64,000 nt of DNA, taken from NCBI GenBank assembly GCA_013239625.1, contig MU053376.1, positions 458,833-522,832 on the forward strand, written 5' to 3'. The notes beneath the pieces are model-generated. The model did no database searches and was not told where the DNA came from. It saw only the letters and a list, made by a program, of their open reading frames with translations. Position numbers and translations under genes: made by a program. Source of the DNA: Lama guanicoe. Its lineage: Eukaryota. This document shows, piece after piece, positions 51,310 to 64,000 of the stretch; within the stretch, counting starts at the first letter, position 1, and every line of letters begins with the position of its first letter.

Positions 51310-52690
51310 ACTTTTCTTTTTTAACGTTTTTTAGGGCAGTTTTAGGTTCACTGCAAAATGGAACAGAAAGTACAGGGATTTTCCAAATTCTCCCTCCCCC
51401 GACACATGCACAGCCTCCCTCACCATCAACATCCCTGACCAGAGTGGTAATTTGTACAACTGAAGAACTTGAATTGAGACATCTTAATCACCCAGAGTCC
51501 ACAGTTTACATTAGGGCTCTTTCCCTCTTAGTGCTGGACATTCTACAGGTTTGGACAAACGTACAATATGGACAAGTATCCATCACTGTAGGGTCACACA
51601 GAGCAGTTTCACTGCCCAAAAAACTCCTCTGTGCTCCACATATCCACCCCTCACTCCCCACTGACCGCTGGCCCGCTCTGGTCTTCTTACTGTTTCTCTC
51701 CATGGTTTTGCCTTTTCTAGCATGTCATCTAGGGAATCATACAGTGTGTAGCCTTTTCAGACTGGCTTTTTTCATTTAGTTATATGGATTTAAGTTTTCT
51801 CCATATCTTTTCATGGCTTGACGACTTGTTTGATTTTGGTTTGGGGTTTGGGTTTTTTTTTTTTAAGCACTAATATTCCACTGTCTAGATGGACCATAGT
51901 TTATTTATCCATTCACCTATTGAAGGACATCTTGTTTACTTCCCAGTTTGGGCGATTATGAATAAAGCTGCTATAAATATTCGCCTGCAAACTTCTGTGT
52001 AAATATAAGTTTTTAACTCCTTTGGGTACCAAGGAGTGTGATTGCTGGATCATCTGGTAAGAATAAATTTAGATTTGTAAGAAACTGTTAAACTATCTTC
52101 CAAGTGGCTGTGTCATTTTGCATTCCCACCAGCAATGAATGACAGTTTCTGTTGCCCCACAACCTGGTGTCAGTATTTTGGATTTTTTCCTATTCTAATG
52201 TGTAGCAAGTAGTGGTATTTCATCGTTGTTTTAATTTGCATTGTCCTAATGACTTATAGAGGGAGGGTATGGCCAGCATACACATGGTCCTGGGTTTAAT
52301 CCCCAGCACCTCCTCCAAAAATAAGCAAGTAAACTCCTAATGACCTATGATGTAGAGTACCTTTTAACATGCTTTCTTGCCACCTGTGTATCTTCTCTGG
52401 TGAGGTCTCTGCTCTGCTCTTTTGCCTATCTTTTTTTTTTCCTTTTGCCCATATTTTAATCAGGTTATTCGTTTTTTTATGGTTGAGTTTTAAGAGTTCA
52501 TTGTATATTTCGGATAACAGTCCTTTATCAGCTGTGTCTTCTGCAAATATTTTCTTGCAGTTTGTGGCTTGTCTTCTTGTTCTCTTGACATCTCTTTCAC
52601 AGGGCAGACATTTTTCATTGTAGGGAAGTCCAGCTTATCAATTCTTTCTTTCATGGATCGTGCCTTTGGTGATGAATCTACTTCTACATG
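51310..52690 (-). mobile_element. Old L1 (L1MC-like) 3' portion
   Basis: Its left part is an inverted match to 46460-46990; continues into antisense ORF2-end sequence (tttatccattcacctattgaaggacatc...). Confidence 0.75.
52259..52337 (+). mobile_element. tRNA-derived camelid SINE, deleted and tailless, inside an old L1
   Basis: gggagggtatgg...gtcctgggtttaatcccc; TSD tcctaatgacYtat at 52244 and 52335. Confidence 0.75.
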
Positions 52691-55600
52691 GACCACATCA
52701 AGGTCTGCTGGCTCCTGACACCCCCAGGTTCCTCATCTCCTGCCCTCCCTGCCCTGTCACCTCCATTAACACAGACCTTTCGCTCCCTCAGATGCCCCTC
52801 CCCACCTCAGGCCTCACCTGCTGCTTCCCTGTCCCCCAAATGTTTGTCCGGCCGACTCCCATCACCCTCCTCGGGGATGTTCAGCTCTGCAGCCCCTCCC
52901 TCCGTCACACCCCTCCCAGCCTCTGTACTTCGGCTTCCTTTCACTCATTACAATCGTCAGAGATGGCTCCCTGCTAAGATGTAAGGTCCACGGGGGCAGG
53001 TGGAATTTCTTTGTTGGTTAGTGTTCATCCACAGTCTAGCAGAACGCTTTGCACAAAGTAATGATTATTATTTTAGCAGCAGGTGCATCTACAATGCTAC
53101 GTGTGAGAAACCCTCCAAGCAGGTTACGTATTTAACTCACCTGCTCTCTGCAATAATTCTATGAGTGAGTAATTGCTTTTCTTTCCGGTTCACAGAGGAG
53201 TGCCCGAGGCACAGTTTGCCCAGGATCACAGAACTAGTAAGTAGGAGAGCTGGGGTCAGACCCAGAAAATCTGTCTCCGAAGTGAATGCTCTTTATCGCA
53301 CTGGATTGACTCTCGAGTTCATTACATCTTTGTTGAATGGATGACTATGCCAGAGAGAAGGAGGAGTCAATTAGGAAATAGTATGAGAGAGCAGGTGGTT
53401 AAAGTTCAGAGCGAATGAAATAGGCATTTGCCTCGGAAGGGCTCCTTAATGGTTGCTGACTGACTGATGAACGGACTCTGGAGCAGAGACACGATTCTGC
53501 CCCAGCCCCTCCTTCCTTCTGGGGCGAGCAGCACAGGCAGATAATTGGTGGGACCAAGCCTGAGTTCTTTGTGAGGGGCTGTTGGAAGGCTGCCACGGGG
53601 CACAATACTGAGCTGCCTCGCGTAGAGACAGCCTAAGCCGTAGATAATTACTGCTAAGACGTCCAGAACATCAATTGAAAAGATGCGGTCAGTCATCCGC
53701 AGCAGTTCTGGCTCAGTCACAACCCTTTTTAGGAGAAGGCACTGAAGCACCCAAGGGGCCCCAAGGTCATTGCTCCCATTCCTGCACTTGCCTCAAGCCT
53801 GACCACATCTGGAGTCTCCGTTGTTGCAGACCCTTGGGGGGAATCCACCCCCTACCCCACACCTGCCCTGCCTTCCCCAGTCACCTTGTGCCGGGAGATT
53901 TTGCTGTCCAGTTGTCACGTATGAAAGCAGTTTTCCCAGACGGCGAAACTGTAACCGAGCAGCCCTGGGGACCACTCTGCTCCTCCCTGGCCAGCACCTG
54001 GGCGTCATCAGCAGGGCCGGCTCCCCGAGCTAACTTGTTCTTTCTGCGAATCAAGCCATTTCTGTGGTCCCTGCTCTTTAAAGAGAGGCACTTTCCATGT
54101 GGCACACAGGGCCTTGGTGGCCCCCAGAGAGACAACACAGTGTTGACAGAGACCAGAGGCATGGAGCAGGTTCCGCCTCACGGGGAAGCTGATGTGAAAC
54201 CAGAAGCCCCCTGAGAAGGTGGCGTCCACTGCGGAGGCTGCCGAGCGCCTAGGAGGCCAGAACCAAGATGGTGCCCAGAGCCTCGGCGGGGGGCGGGGGG
54301 TGTGTCTCCCTGAAACAGCCTGGATTCCTGCTTCCTGGAGACATGAAGGTGTGGCCAGGCAAGTACAGGACAGCCTAAAATGCAGGGGGCCAGGAACGAG
54401 CTGTCCTTGTCCAGGAGGCCGGGATGCCTCCTGAGGTCCAGGAGGAGAGCAGAGGGCTAGCACAGCCGAAGTATGACCAGGTGTTCACACCTTGCTAAGA
54501 GGTAAGAGGCTCCCCAGACCCAGAATGTGGGGGGCCGACCCCTGGACTTCTGTGGTTGACATCTGCCCCCCGCCCCAGAGGGCTGAAGCAATCGAATGGA
54601 ACCTGGCCAGTGCCAACCAATCTAGCCTTGGTAATATGTCACTTCATCATGTTGGAGGTTTCTGAGGGATCCCCTTAACTTCTTAAAAAATCCATTTTAA
54701 AAATGTTTTCTTATTATGTAAAGGGAAACAAGCCATCTATACATTTAATGTAGAGTTCAAGTACTGGCCAAACCAATCTATGATGATAGAAATGAAAAGA
54801 GTGGTGGCCCCTGGTAGGAACTTTCTGGGCGTTGGGACTATTTCATATCTGGATTTAGATATTGGTTATGTGGGTGTATACATTTGTCCAAGCTTATTGA
54901 ACTGTACACTTAAGATCTGTGCTGTAAATGTAAATTATACCTCAAATAAATAAGCAAAATAACCTTGATTCGCTGTTCTTAGCAGGAAAAGTCTTTCCTG
55001 CTCTTCTCTGTAGACAGGTGACTGGCTGGGCCCCCTGGACGGTACTGAGTGTAATAGGAAGTGCATTGGCTTTGGGGTCAGACAGTCTCTGGTTGCAATT
55101 CTGTTCTGTCATACCATTGTGACCTTGGCCGAGCTGAGCTCTGATTTCCTAATCTTTACAATGGGCTGGGGGATTGTTATAAGTTATAACTGCCTGACAT
55201 ATAGATGGTACCCAAGCATCACCTCCTCCAGGAAGGCCTCCCTGCTTCTCCAGACCTTTTCAAGTACCTTCCTCATTCCCTCATACCGGCCTCAGTGCAT
55301 GTTTAATTTAAATCTGTGTCTCAAAAACAATGCACATCTCTGACAGTCAGATCTTTGCAGTTGTTTATTGAATAGTCAGACTGAAAATATGGAATCTGCA
55401 AATGCCAAGAGTCCATCTATGTTGCCATATTTTTATCCTTCTGGTCTCTACCCTCCTGGACCCCCCACTAGGCTCTCAGATCTTGAGGGCAAGGGCTGGG
55501 TCTTGCTCAGCGCTGTATCTCCTTGGCTATAAGTGCTCAATGAATGTTGGACCAGTGAGTGAGTGAGTAACTGGTAAGCTGATTAGTGCATGCATGAGTA

Positions 55601-57733
55601 ACTGAATAAATGTGTGAAAGAATGCACAAACTAGTGAATGTATCAATAAATGGATAAGCTTATTAGAGAGTAAATAGTAGGGGGAAGGTGAATGGTCAAT
55701 CACTGATTGAGTAGAAAGTTGAATGAATGAAGGAATGCTGGGTTCCTTCCTTCTGAAGTGTTGTGTGGTGGTGGCAGCCCCAAATGGCCCCATTCCAGAG
55801 CCCCGGGAAGAGTCAGGGCTGGGGCAGCTTGAGGGGCAACCATTCTGGAGCCTTCTCTCCCCTTCCTCCCGGCCACCATGCACCGCCCCTCTGTGGACAC
55901 AGTGGTGCCGAGGGAGTGTGAGGCAGGGAGCTGAGGCAGGGAGCTAAGTCCGGGGCTGTCCCCCCCACCCCCGACACCCCTGCCACGGGCAGTGAGGGCC
56001 TCTCCCTCCCCTGATGCCATGTCCTCGAGCAGACGTCTCTCCTGTCTTGTCAGCAGCGGAGCGGCTGTCAGGAGTATGCATTATTTATCTGCGCTGTAAC
56101 ATTTACTGGGATTTAGTGTTTAATAACTGTCACTTCAATATATCTTTTCTTAATCCCTTCAGATCTGCTGCTGTAGCAATTTAAAATATTTATCAACACC
56201 GTTCATGTGTTTGTTGGTTGGGTTGCAATTTTCTTGTAATTAAAGATTTACAAGACACTGCTCGAGATTTACCAAGGATTGGGGGAGATCAAAGGGGGAG
56301 GGGAAGAGAGATCTGGTCTGGGGATCTGTTGCCTGGACTCGAAAGCTCCCTCCAGGGTTCCCTCTCCTTCCTGCTTCACACAGCCCAGTGCTGGTGGTCC
56401 AGGAAGTGGCCTCGCAGTGAGACATGGCCACAGCGTGGCCCTGCCTTCCTCTGGAGCCCCGGCCTGTGCCAGCCTCGGGCTAGGTGCTGGGGGACAGCAG
56501 AGAGCAAGACAGAAGACGAACCTTCTGACACAGAGCTCACATTCTAGTGGTGGAGACAGACAATCCGCAGGTCAATAAATTTTTAAAAGTCATTTTGGAT
56601 TTTGAAAAATGCTGTAAGAGAATAAACAGATGATGACTAAGGATGGACACTAGTATCAGGGTTCTTTCTTGCAAGCGATAGAAACTGACTCAGCAAAAGG
56701 AAGTTTCTGGGAGGAAACGGGAGCCAGGGTTATTTTGTGGCACCAATAGACTCTCTTCAGGGGGTAGCCTTTGGGATAAATGTCCCCGGACAATGTCCTA
56801 TGCTTGTGACACTCTGCTCAGGAGTCACACCCAGGGACAGAAGGTCCTCAACTCTTTGGCCAGGGGGGACCAAGGCACCTGGACTGACAGCTTCACCAGA
56901 CCTGGATCCACTGAGGAAGGGGCAGTTACCCAAAGCAAAATCTGAGTGATGATAATAAAAGAAAGGGTTACAGGTAATGGGCATAGGAGTCCTCTCTGAG
57001 GCCATGAACTGAAACCGAAATGGTGAGAAAGAGCCAGACACAGGAAGAGCCCGGGCAGAGGCTGTAGCGAGCACAAAGCCCTGGGGGAAAGAGCTCAGTG
57101 GATTTTCAGGGGTCAGGGTGGCTGGTTCTGTCTTCCCTCGCAGGTTCGGCTTGGGAACGGGCCCATCGCCAGTCCTCAGAGTCCCCCTGGGCCATGTTAT
57201 GGGGCCAGATTTTGTTTATTCCAAATGGAATAGACTAGAAGGGCCAGGTCTAGAGGCACGCTCCTAGCTCCCGTGACAGGGAAACCACTGAGCGGGGAGT
57301 TTTGGTCAAGTGTTTCTGGAGGCCTGTGGCGGGCCGGGCGCTGTGTTGCTTTCGGTGGACTAAGGATGGACAAGACACGCGTGTGGTCCTCAGAGCGCGC
57401 ACTCACGTCGGGGCAGGTACAGGTGGATCATCGCAGCAGGCCCGTGACAGACGTAAGCTTGAGCGTGGACTTAAAACCTCTCTTCTTTTCTAAGCTAAGT
57501 GTTCAGAGCTATAAATTCCCACTAGCACTGCCTTAGCAGCCCCTCATGATGATTTATTTTATTTTTAGTTTCTCTAAGCCTCTGTTTCTTCATGTGTAAA
57601 ATGGGAATAATAATAGTACCCTATTAATATGAAACTTTCATAGGGATTAAATGAGATAATATATATAAAGTGCTTCCCTATGCCTGCACATAATGGTAGC
57701 TGCTCAACAAATTTTAGTTATTACTGACTCTGA

Positions 57734-57858
57734 TTTTTTTTTTGGTGGGGGAGGTAATTAGGTTTATTTATTTACTTTTCTAGTGGAGACACTGGGGATC
57801 GAACCCAGGACCTCAGCATGCTAGTCATGTGCTCTGCCACTGAGCTACACCCTCCCCA
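57734..57858 (-). mobile_element. tRNA-derived camelid SINE
   Basis: ggtaattaggttt...ggggatcgaacccaggacctc...tgagctacaccctcccc. Confidence 0.85.
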
Positions 57859-58160
57859 CTCACATTTTAGTTATTATGATTAATAATAAAAGTCATGTAA
57901 GTCCTACTATCCTGAAACCAATGATTTTGATATTTTGTGTCTTTATCTTCATTCAGTTCGAAATACTTCTTACATTCCCTTTCTTTGACACATGGATCAT
58001 TTAGAGGTGTGTTATTCAGTTCCCCCCAAATTAAAGATTTTCTAGTTACTTTTTTGTGTTAATTTCTAATTTATTTCTGCTGAGGTCAGAGAACACAGTA
58101 GGTATGACTTAAATCCTTTTAAATGTACTGAGTTGTATTCATGGCCCAGAAGATGATCTG

Positions 58161-58317
58161 GTTTTTTAAAAAAAATCTTTTTAATTTATTATTGTTTTGG
58201 TGGGGAGGTAATTAGGTTTATTTATTTATCCGTTTATTTTTTAATGGAGGTACTGGGGACTGAACCCAGGACCTCATGCATGCTAAGCATGCCTCTATAT
58301 CTGAGCTATACCCCTCC
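58161..58317 (-). mobile_element. tRNA-derived camelid SINE
   Basis: ggtaattaggttt...gaacccaggacctcatgcatgctaagc...tgagctatacccc. Confidence 0.85.
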
Positions 58318-59310
58318 ACAGACGATCTCTTTTGATAACAGTTTCTTGTTGACTTGAAGTCATGTGTACTCGGCTGGTGGGTGGACTTGGCTGTAACTGC
58401 TGATTGGGTCAAATTGGTTGCCAGTGTGTTTTCAGATCTTCTATCTGCTAATTTCCTGACTGCTGGTTCTGTCGGTTATGAAGAGAGGGCATGAAATCTC
58501 TCACTGTAGTTGTGGATTTGTCAATTCCTCCTTGTAGCTCTATCAGTTTTTGCTTCATGTGTTTTGAAGATCTGCCCAAAATGTCGACTGGGAAAGTTGA
58601 GAAGTCATAGACGAGGTACTGAGGTACTAGGTACTAGGCACCCTTCGACGCGCTCCATTCAAGGCCCCATGAATCAGGGGCTTTGCCTGGCTGGCCTGGA
58701 GGAGCAGGCCCTCTTCCCATCTCGTGCGTGTTGCGCACTGGGTCCTTTAATCCTCTCAGTCTGTTCTTCCCCCAGCCCTGCAGAGATTCCTCACACGTCC
58801 GTGCTGATCAGGACTCAGCTAAGTACCTGAAGGGGACTCGTTTCAGGTCCCCAGAGTTCTTCCCTGGGCAGCTCTTTCCTCCCCTGTTTTCCTTCCTGTG
58901 CCTTCTCCTTTCCTCGTGCTCAGCTGTGTCTCCTTAACTCAGGGAGCCCAGCAGGCTCCGCCTGGCTCCCCTCTCCCTGGGTGCGGCCTGGACCCTCTCT
59001 TACGGTGAGCTGGGGCAGTCATGGGGATGACCCCAGGTATTTCCCACTTCGAAGGGGTCCTTGCCCGGCAGTGCCTGGTATGCCATGTCTTACAAACAGC
59101 TGTTCCGTATATTTTGTCTGGTTTTTGGTTGTTTTAGGTGGGAGGGTAAGTCCTGTCTCTGTTACTCCATCTTGACTCAAAGATGGTCTCTTTGAGTTTT
59201 GAAGAACATTTTGAGATGCTTTGTGGAACCAGAGACAAACTCAAGAGGACAATCCCAGTGGAGGTCCTGAGGCTTTGGGAACAAACACATGGTCTCTTTG
59301 GCAGCTCACT

Positions 59311-59751
59311 ATTCTTTTTCTTTTTTTTTTTGGTATATATATGTATTTATTGAAGTATAGTCAGTTTACAATGTTGTGTCAATTTCTGGTGCACAGCACA
59401 ATGCTTCAGTCGTAATGAACATGCATATATTTGTTTTCATATTCTTTTTCACCATAAGTTACTATAAGATATTGAATGTAGTTCTCTGTGCTGTACAGTA
59501 TGAACTCGTTGTCTCTCTATTTTATATATATATGTATCTGCAAATCTCAAACTCCCAATTTATCTCTTCCTGCTCCCTTCCCAACCCTGGTAACCATACG
59601 TTTGTTTTCTATGTCTGTTAGTCTATTTCTATTTTGTAAATAAGTTAGTTTGTCTTTTTTTTAGATTCAACATATAAGGGACATCATATGGTATTTTTCT
59701 TTCTCTTTCTGGCTTACTTAGCATGACAAATCTCCAGGTCCATCCATGTTG
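59311..59751 (-). mobile_element. 5'-truncated L1 3' end
   Basis: Reverse complement of the 41730 family; TSD ggcagctcact at 59300-59310 and 59752-59762. Confidence 0.85.
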
Positions 59752-59762
59752 GGCAGCTCACT

Positions 59763-62546
59763 TTTTTTTTCAGTTTTCAGTTTTATTAGGTAGAATTGTT
59801 ACAATTTGACTGCACATATACAATATATTGCATGTAAATACATGTATATAATATACTACACATATTTTTAAAATTTACATATATGTACTGTTCATTGTCT
59901 CTAAGAATGTTTAGAGCTTTAGCTTTTTAAATTTACCTAGTTATCAAAGGAATAAAGCCAACTGCAAAATAAGAATTAATTCAAAAAGATATATACACCC
60001 TACTATTAATAGCAACATTACTTGTAATTGCCAAGATATGGAAGCATTCTAAGTGCACATCAATAGATGAATGGATAAAGAAGGTGAAGCATATATATGT
60101 AATGGAATAAAACTCACCCATAAGAAAGAAGGGTATTTTGCCATTTGCAGCCCTCCATTCACTTTTTTTTCCACTTCAAAAACCAGAATTTTATAACTGG
60201 CATAAACATTTCCGTTGCATCCAAAACAATAAAATACCTAGAAATAAACTTAACCAAGGAGGTTACCGATAGGCTGAAAACTAAAACATTGATGAAGGAA
60301 ATTAAAGATGATACAAAGAAATGGAAAGATATCTTGTGCTCTTGGATTGGAAGAATCAACATTATCAAAATGGCCCCACTACCTAAAGCAATCTGCAGAT
60401 CCAATGCAACTCCTGTCAAAATACTCACGACATTTTTCACAGAACCAGAACAAACAATTCAAAATTTATGTGGAACATAGAAGACCCCGAACTGCCAAAG
60501 CAATCTTTTGTAGGTCTTTTTTTTTTCTCTCTTTCTTTTTGTGCTCTTTTCTTATGGTTTGATAACTAGAGAAATTCCTTTAACATTTGTTGTAAAGCTG
60601 GTTCAGTGGTGCTGAAATCTTTTAGCTTTTGTTTACCTGTGAAGCTTTTGATTTCTCCATCAAATCTGAATGAGAGCCTTGCTGGATAGTTCTTGATTGT
60701 AAATTTTTCTCTTTCATCACTTTAAATATATTGTGCCATGCCCTTCTGGCCTGTAGACTTTCTGCTGAAACATCAGTTGATAACCTTATGGGAGTTCCCT
60801 TTTATGTTATTTGTTGCTTTTCTGTTGCTAATTTTAATATTTTCTCCTTATCCTTTATTTTTGTCAATTTGATGACTGTGTGCCTTGATGTGTTCCTCTC
60901 TGGGCTGATCCTGTGTGGAACTCTCTGTGCTTCCTGGACTTTGGGTGACTGTCTCCTTTCCCAAGTTGGGGAAGTTTTTGGTTATTATCTCTCCAAAAAT
61001 TTTCTCAGGTTCTTTCTCTCTTCTCTTTCTGGGACCTCTATAATGCAAATATTAGTGTGCTTCATGTTGTCCCAGGGTTCTCTTAAACTATCCTTGTTTC
61101 TTTTTGTTCTTTTTTCTTTCTTTGGCTCTGCAGTAGTGATTTCCACTAATCTGTCTTATAGCTCACTGATCCGTTCTTCTGTCTCATTTAGTCTATTCTT
61201 GGTTCCTTCTAGTGTGTTATTCATTTCAGTGATTTTATTCTTCAACTCTGCTTTGGGTATTCTTTATATTTTCCAACTCTTTGCTAAAAACTTCGCTCTG
61301 TGCATCTATACTCTTCTTGATTTCTCTGAACATCTTCACCGTCATTAAAGTCTTTCTCGGGTTAATTGTCTATCTCATCACTTATTTATTTTTCTGGGAT
61401 TGTATCTTGTGCCTTGGCCTGGAAGATATTCCTCTGCCGCCTCACATTGTCTATCTTTCTATTTGTATTTTTAGGTAGGTCAGTTATATTTCTCAACCTT
61501 GGAGAGGTGGCCTTCTGTGGGAGACATCCTGTGTGTCCCAGCAGTACACTCCTCTCTTGTCACCCAAGGGCCAGGGTCCAGCTGGTCCCAGTGTAGACTG
61601 GCCTGTGTTTGTGGATTCCTTCCACAGGCTTTGGGATTGTCGTTTTCTTATTCTGGTGTCTGCCCCCTGGTGGATGAGGCTGGACTAGAGGCTTATGCAG
61701 GTTTCCTGGCAGAAGGAGTCGGTGCCTGCCCACTGCTGGGTGAAGTTTGGCCTGGACCTCTGGTGGGTGGGGCTGAGTTTAGAGGTGTTTGTGGCTCAGG
61801 AAGTCTGCTGATGGGTGGGACTGTGTTCCCACCCAGTGTGTTGTTTGTCCTGAGGCTTCCCAGCACTTAAGCCTATGGGCTGTTGGATGGGGCTAGGTCT
61901 TTGTGCTAATGATCCAATCTAGTTGTCAGCCTCCAGGAAAGCTCTTGTAGATGAACACTCCTGCAATGTCCGCCACCAGCTTTTATGTCCCCTGGGTGAG
62001 CCGCAGCCATCCCCTACGTCCCCAGGAGACCCTCCAAACCAGCAGGCAAGCCTGGCCCAGGTTCCTATGAAATCACTGCCCCTGCCCTTGGACCTGGCAC
62101 ACAGGAGATTCTGTGTACACTTCCCAAGAGCATGAAGTCTCTGTTTTCCCCAGTCCCATGGGGCTCCAATTGCTAAGCCCACTGGACTTCAGAATCAGAT
62201 GTACTGGGGTCTCCTCCTCCTCCCAATGCCGGAACCCTGAGCTGGGGAGCCTGACGTGGGGCTCAGAGCTCTCACTCCTGTGGGAGGCCCTCTGCAACTT
62301 GTTTATTCTTCAGCTTGTGGGTCGCCCACCCGGGGGGTATGGGGCCCGATTATATAGTGAGTGCGCCCCTCCTATCATCCTGCTGTGGTTCCTTCTTTAT
62401 GTTTCCAGTTGAAGACGATCTTTTTTGCTAGGTTCCAGTCTTTTTTTTTTTTCCTGATGGCTGTTTAGCAGTCAGCTGTGGTTACATTGTAGCCACGAGG
62501 AGAGGTGAGCTCCTAATTCTACCACTCCGCCATCTTGACCGGAAAC
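59763..62546 (-). mobile_element. Full-length half-L1 (HAL1-like) element: L1 5'UTR, degenerate ORF1, antisense ORF2 fragments, polyA
   Basis: Minus strand starts gtttccggtcAAGATGGCGG (YY1-type L1 5' end). ORF1 remnant ~61445-60566 (..EKEPEKIFGEIITKNFPNLGKE.., ..PALQQMLKEFL*). No sense ORF2. AATAAA and polyA at ~59763-59787. Flanked by cagctcact repeats. Confidence 0.75.
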
Positions 62547-63915
62547 CAGCTCACTAGTTTTTTGAGAAACAGTTTGACTTGCTGCTGGCCCTCATAGACC
62601 CCCACTTCTGACCACTGGGTACCACCTGAGCTCACAGCCAAAGCTACCCATCATGACTGACAAGCCAGAAGTCCAGGCCCGCCCAGCGGCACTCGGTCAG
62701 CAGGTGCAGGTGCTCTCAGTGCGGCCGGGCCACGCAGTGCCAGTGGCTCATCTCCGTTTGCGTGGCAGGTGGCTCAAGCTCTGAGCGCCCACTGCTGCTC
62801 TTCTTGCTCTGCCACCTCTTCCTTGTCGATACCTGCAGCCTCAGGACACCTGTAGCCTGAGGAGGAGAACAGCCAAGACCGCTCTGCAGGACTCTCCAGG
62901 GCACACTGACACCCACCCCGGCATCGGAGCGCAGCCTGGAGTCCCCCTGAAGGACAGAACAGACACTGCCCAGGGGAGCACTGCCAGCAGGACAGCTTGT
63001 GGACTACTCTGCGTGGAAGCAGAGATGCCCTGAGGTAAGGCTCTCACGAATTCCTGTGCTTTACTAACGGTTCCACCAGATGGTCAAGAACTTGGAAGGG
63101 ATAAGATTGAAGAATTGGTGACAAGGACGTTTAGATGTGTGGATGGGCGCCTCTTGGAATGGGCACAGAATACGAAAATACATGTGTTCCATGTGGATTT
63201 TACCAAGCTCCTACCAACAGTCAGGTAGACAAGATGGTCCACTTTGTGGGTATCGGTTAGAATTCTCCCTCAGCACCCCCAGGGTTTGCTTGGTGGACTT
63301 TGAGAACAGAGTGGCCATGGTGGCCAAGTGGAGGGCTTGGCACAGGCTCAGCCACACTGTCTCACCAAAACCAGCCTGGCTATTGCCCATGTTAAATGTC
63401 CAACATTCCAAAAGCAGAAACTAACCCCTCAGCTCCTGACTTGGCACCACACCCTCGGGGGACCCATCAGCTGCTTTAGGCCAGGTTGGTTAATTCAGAT
63501 AATTGCCTCAGATTTCCTCCTAATGAAGATGTCATGTGGCTCCCGATCCATGGAGGGGTTACAGTTTGTTCTCCTGGAACAGACACTTGTTCCCAGGAAT
63601 GAGGGTTCCTGCTGACCAAGGTCACTTCTGTAACGATGGAGGTCTGCAGCCCTTTGTTTGTTTGTTTACCAAAGGAATGGATAGCTGGTAAACCAGGTTG
63701 TGGCAGAGAGATCTTGCTGCCAGGGCCAGGGCTGGACCATCCGGAGGCTCCAGAGACAGCCTGCGAGGTGGTCCAGGAGCCAGAGCCAGCTACAGGGAAT
63801 GAAAAGCCAGGGGTGGAAATGTCTATGCTTTGTGAGGGCTAAACAGTGTGGCGGGGTGTGTGCATGTGTGTGTGTAGCATGCCAACATCTCATCCTTCTG
63901 ATCAGCTGGGGATGG

Positions 63916-64000
63916 CTTTTTTTTTAAAACCTTTTATGGGGGGAGATGATTAGGTTTATTTATTTATTTATTTATTTTAAGGGAGGTACCGGGGATTGAA
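63916..64000 (-). mobile_element. tRNA-derived camelid SINE, cut by window end
   Basis: T tract, attaggtttatttattt, then ggggattgaa. Confidence 0.75.

Noticed and set aside
53675..54463. Overlapping 150-180 aa ORFs on both strands
   Set aside because: No homology recognised and no exon-like splice context; expected by chance in GC-rich DNA.
60145..60480. 111-aa ORF with L1 ORF2-like peptide
   Set aside because: A short L1 ORF2 fragment inside the composite element, not a gene.
60731..61348. 205-aa hydrophobic + strand ORF
   Set aside because: It is the antisense reading of the A-rich L1 ORF1 remnant.
32000..64000. LRRN2 or another downstream gene
   Set aside because: No leucine-rich-repeat or other recognisable coding sequence in the ORF track; if synteny holds, it lies beyond the window.

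Overview
Mammalian genomic DNA, most likely a camelid (camel/alpaca/llama): it carries many tRNA-Ala-derived SINEs of the camelid Vic-1 type, and I saw no Alu, Bov-tA or PRE1 elements. The left half holds the + strand MDM4 (MDMX) gene: the distal part of intron 1, all ten coding exons (2-11; ATG 3311, stop 21181-21183; 1476 nt, 491 aa; all introns GT-AG) and a long 3'UTR probably ending near 28.3 kb. Exon 1 and the main promoter lie upstream of the window. The right half is repeat-rich, more GC-rich intergenic DNA with no credible protein-coding gene. Main observations: (1) an intronic p53 response element and a putative exon 1-beta with its own strong-Kozak in-frame ATG, predicting a 13-aa N-extended MDM4; (2) a ~2.8 kb TSD-flanked half-L1-like element (5'UTR + ORF1 + antisense ORF2 fragments + own tail), with part of its tail repeated in a chimeric insertion; (3) a diverged ~290 bp duplication in the MDM4 3'UTR, each copy starting at AATAAA; (4) tailless SINE insertions and a polyA-tailed LTR-like retrocopy. 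I found no convincing wholly new biological system; repeat family names are from recognition, not from a database search.
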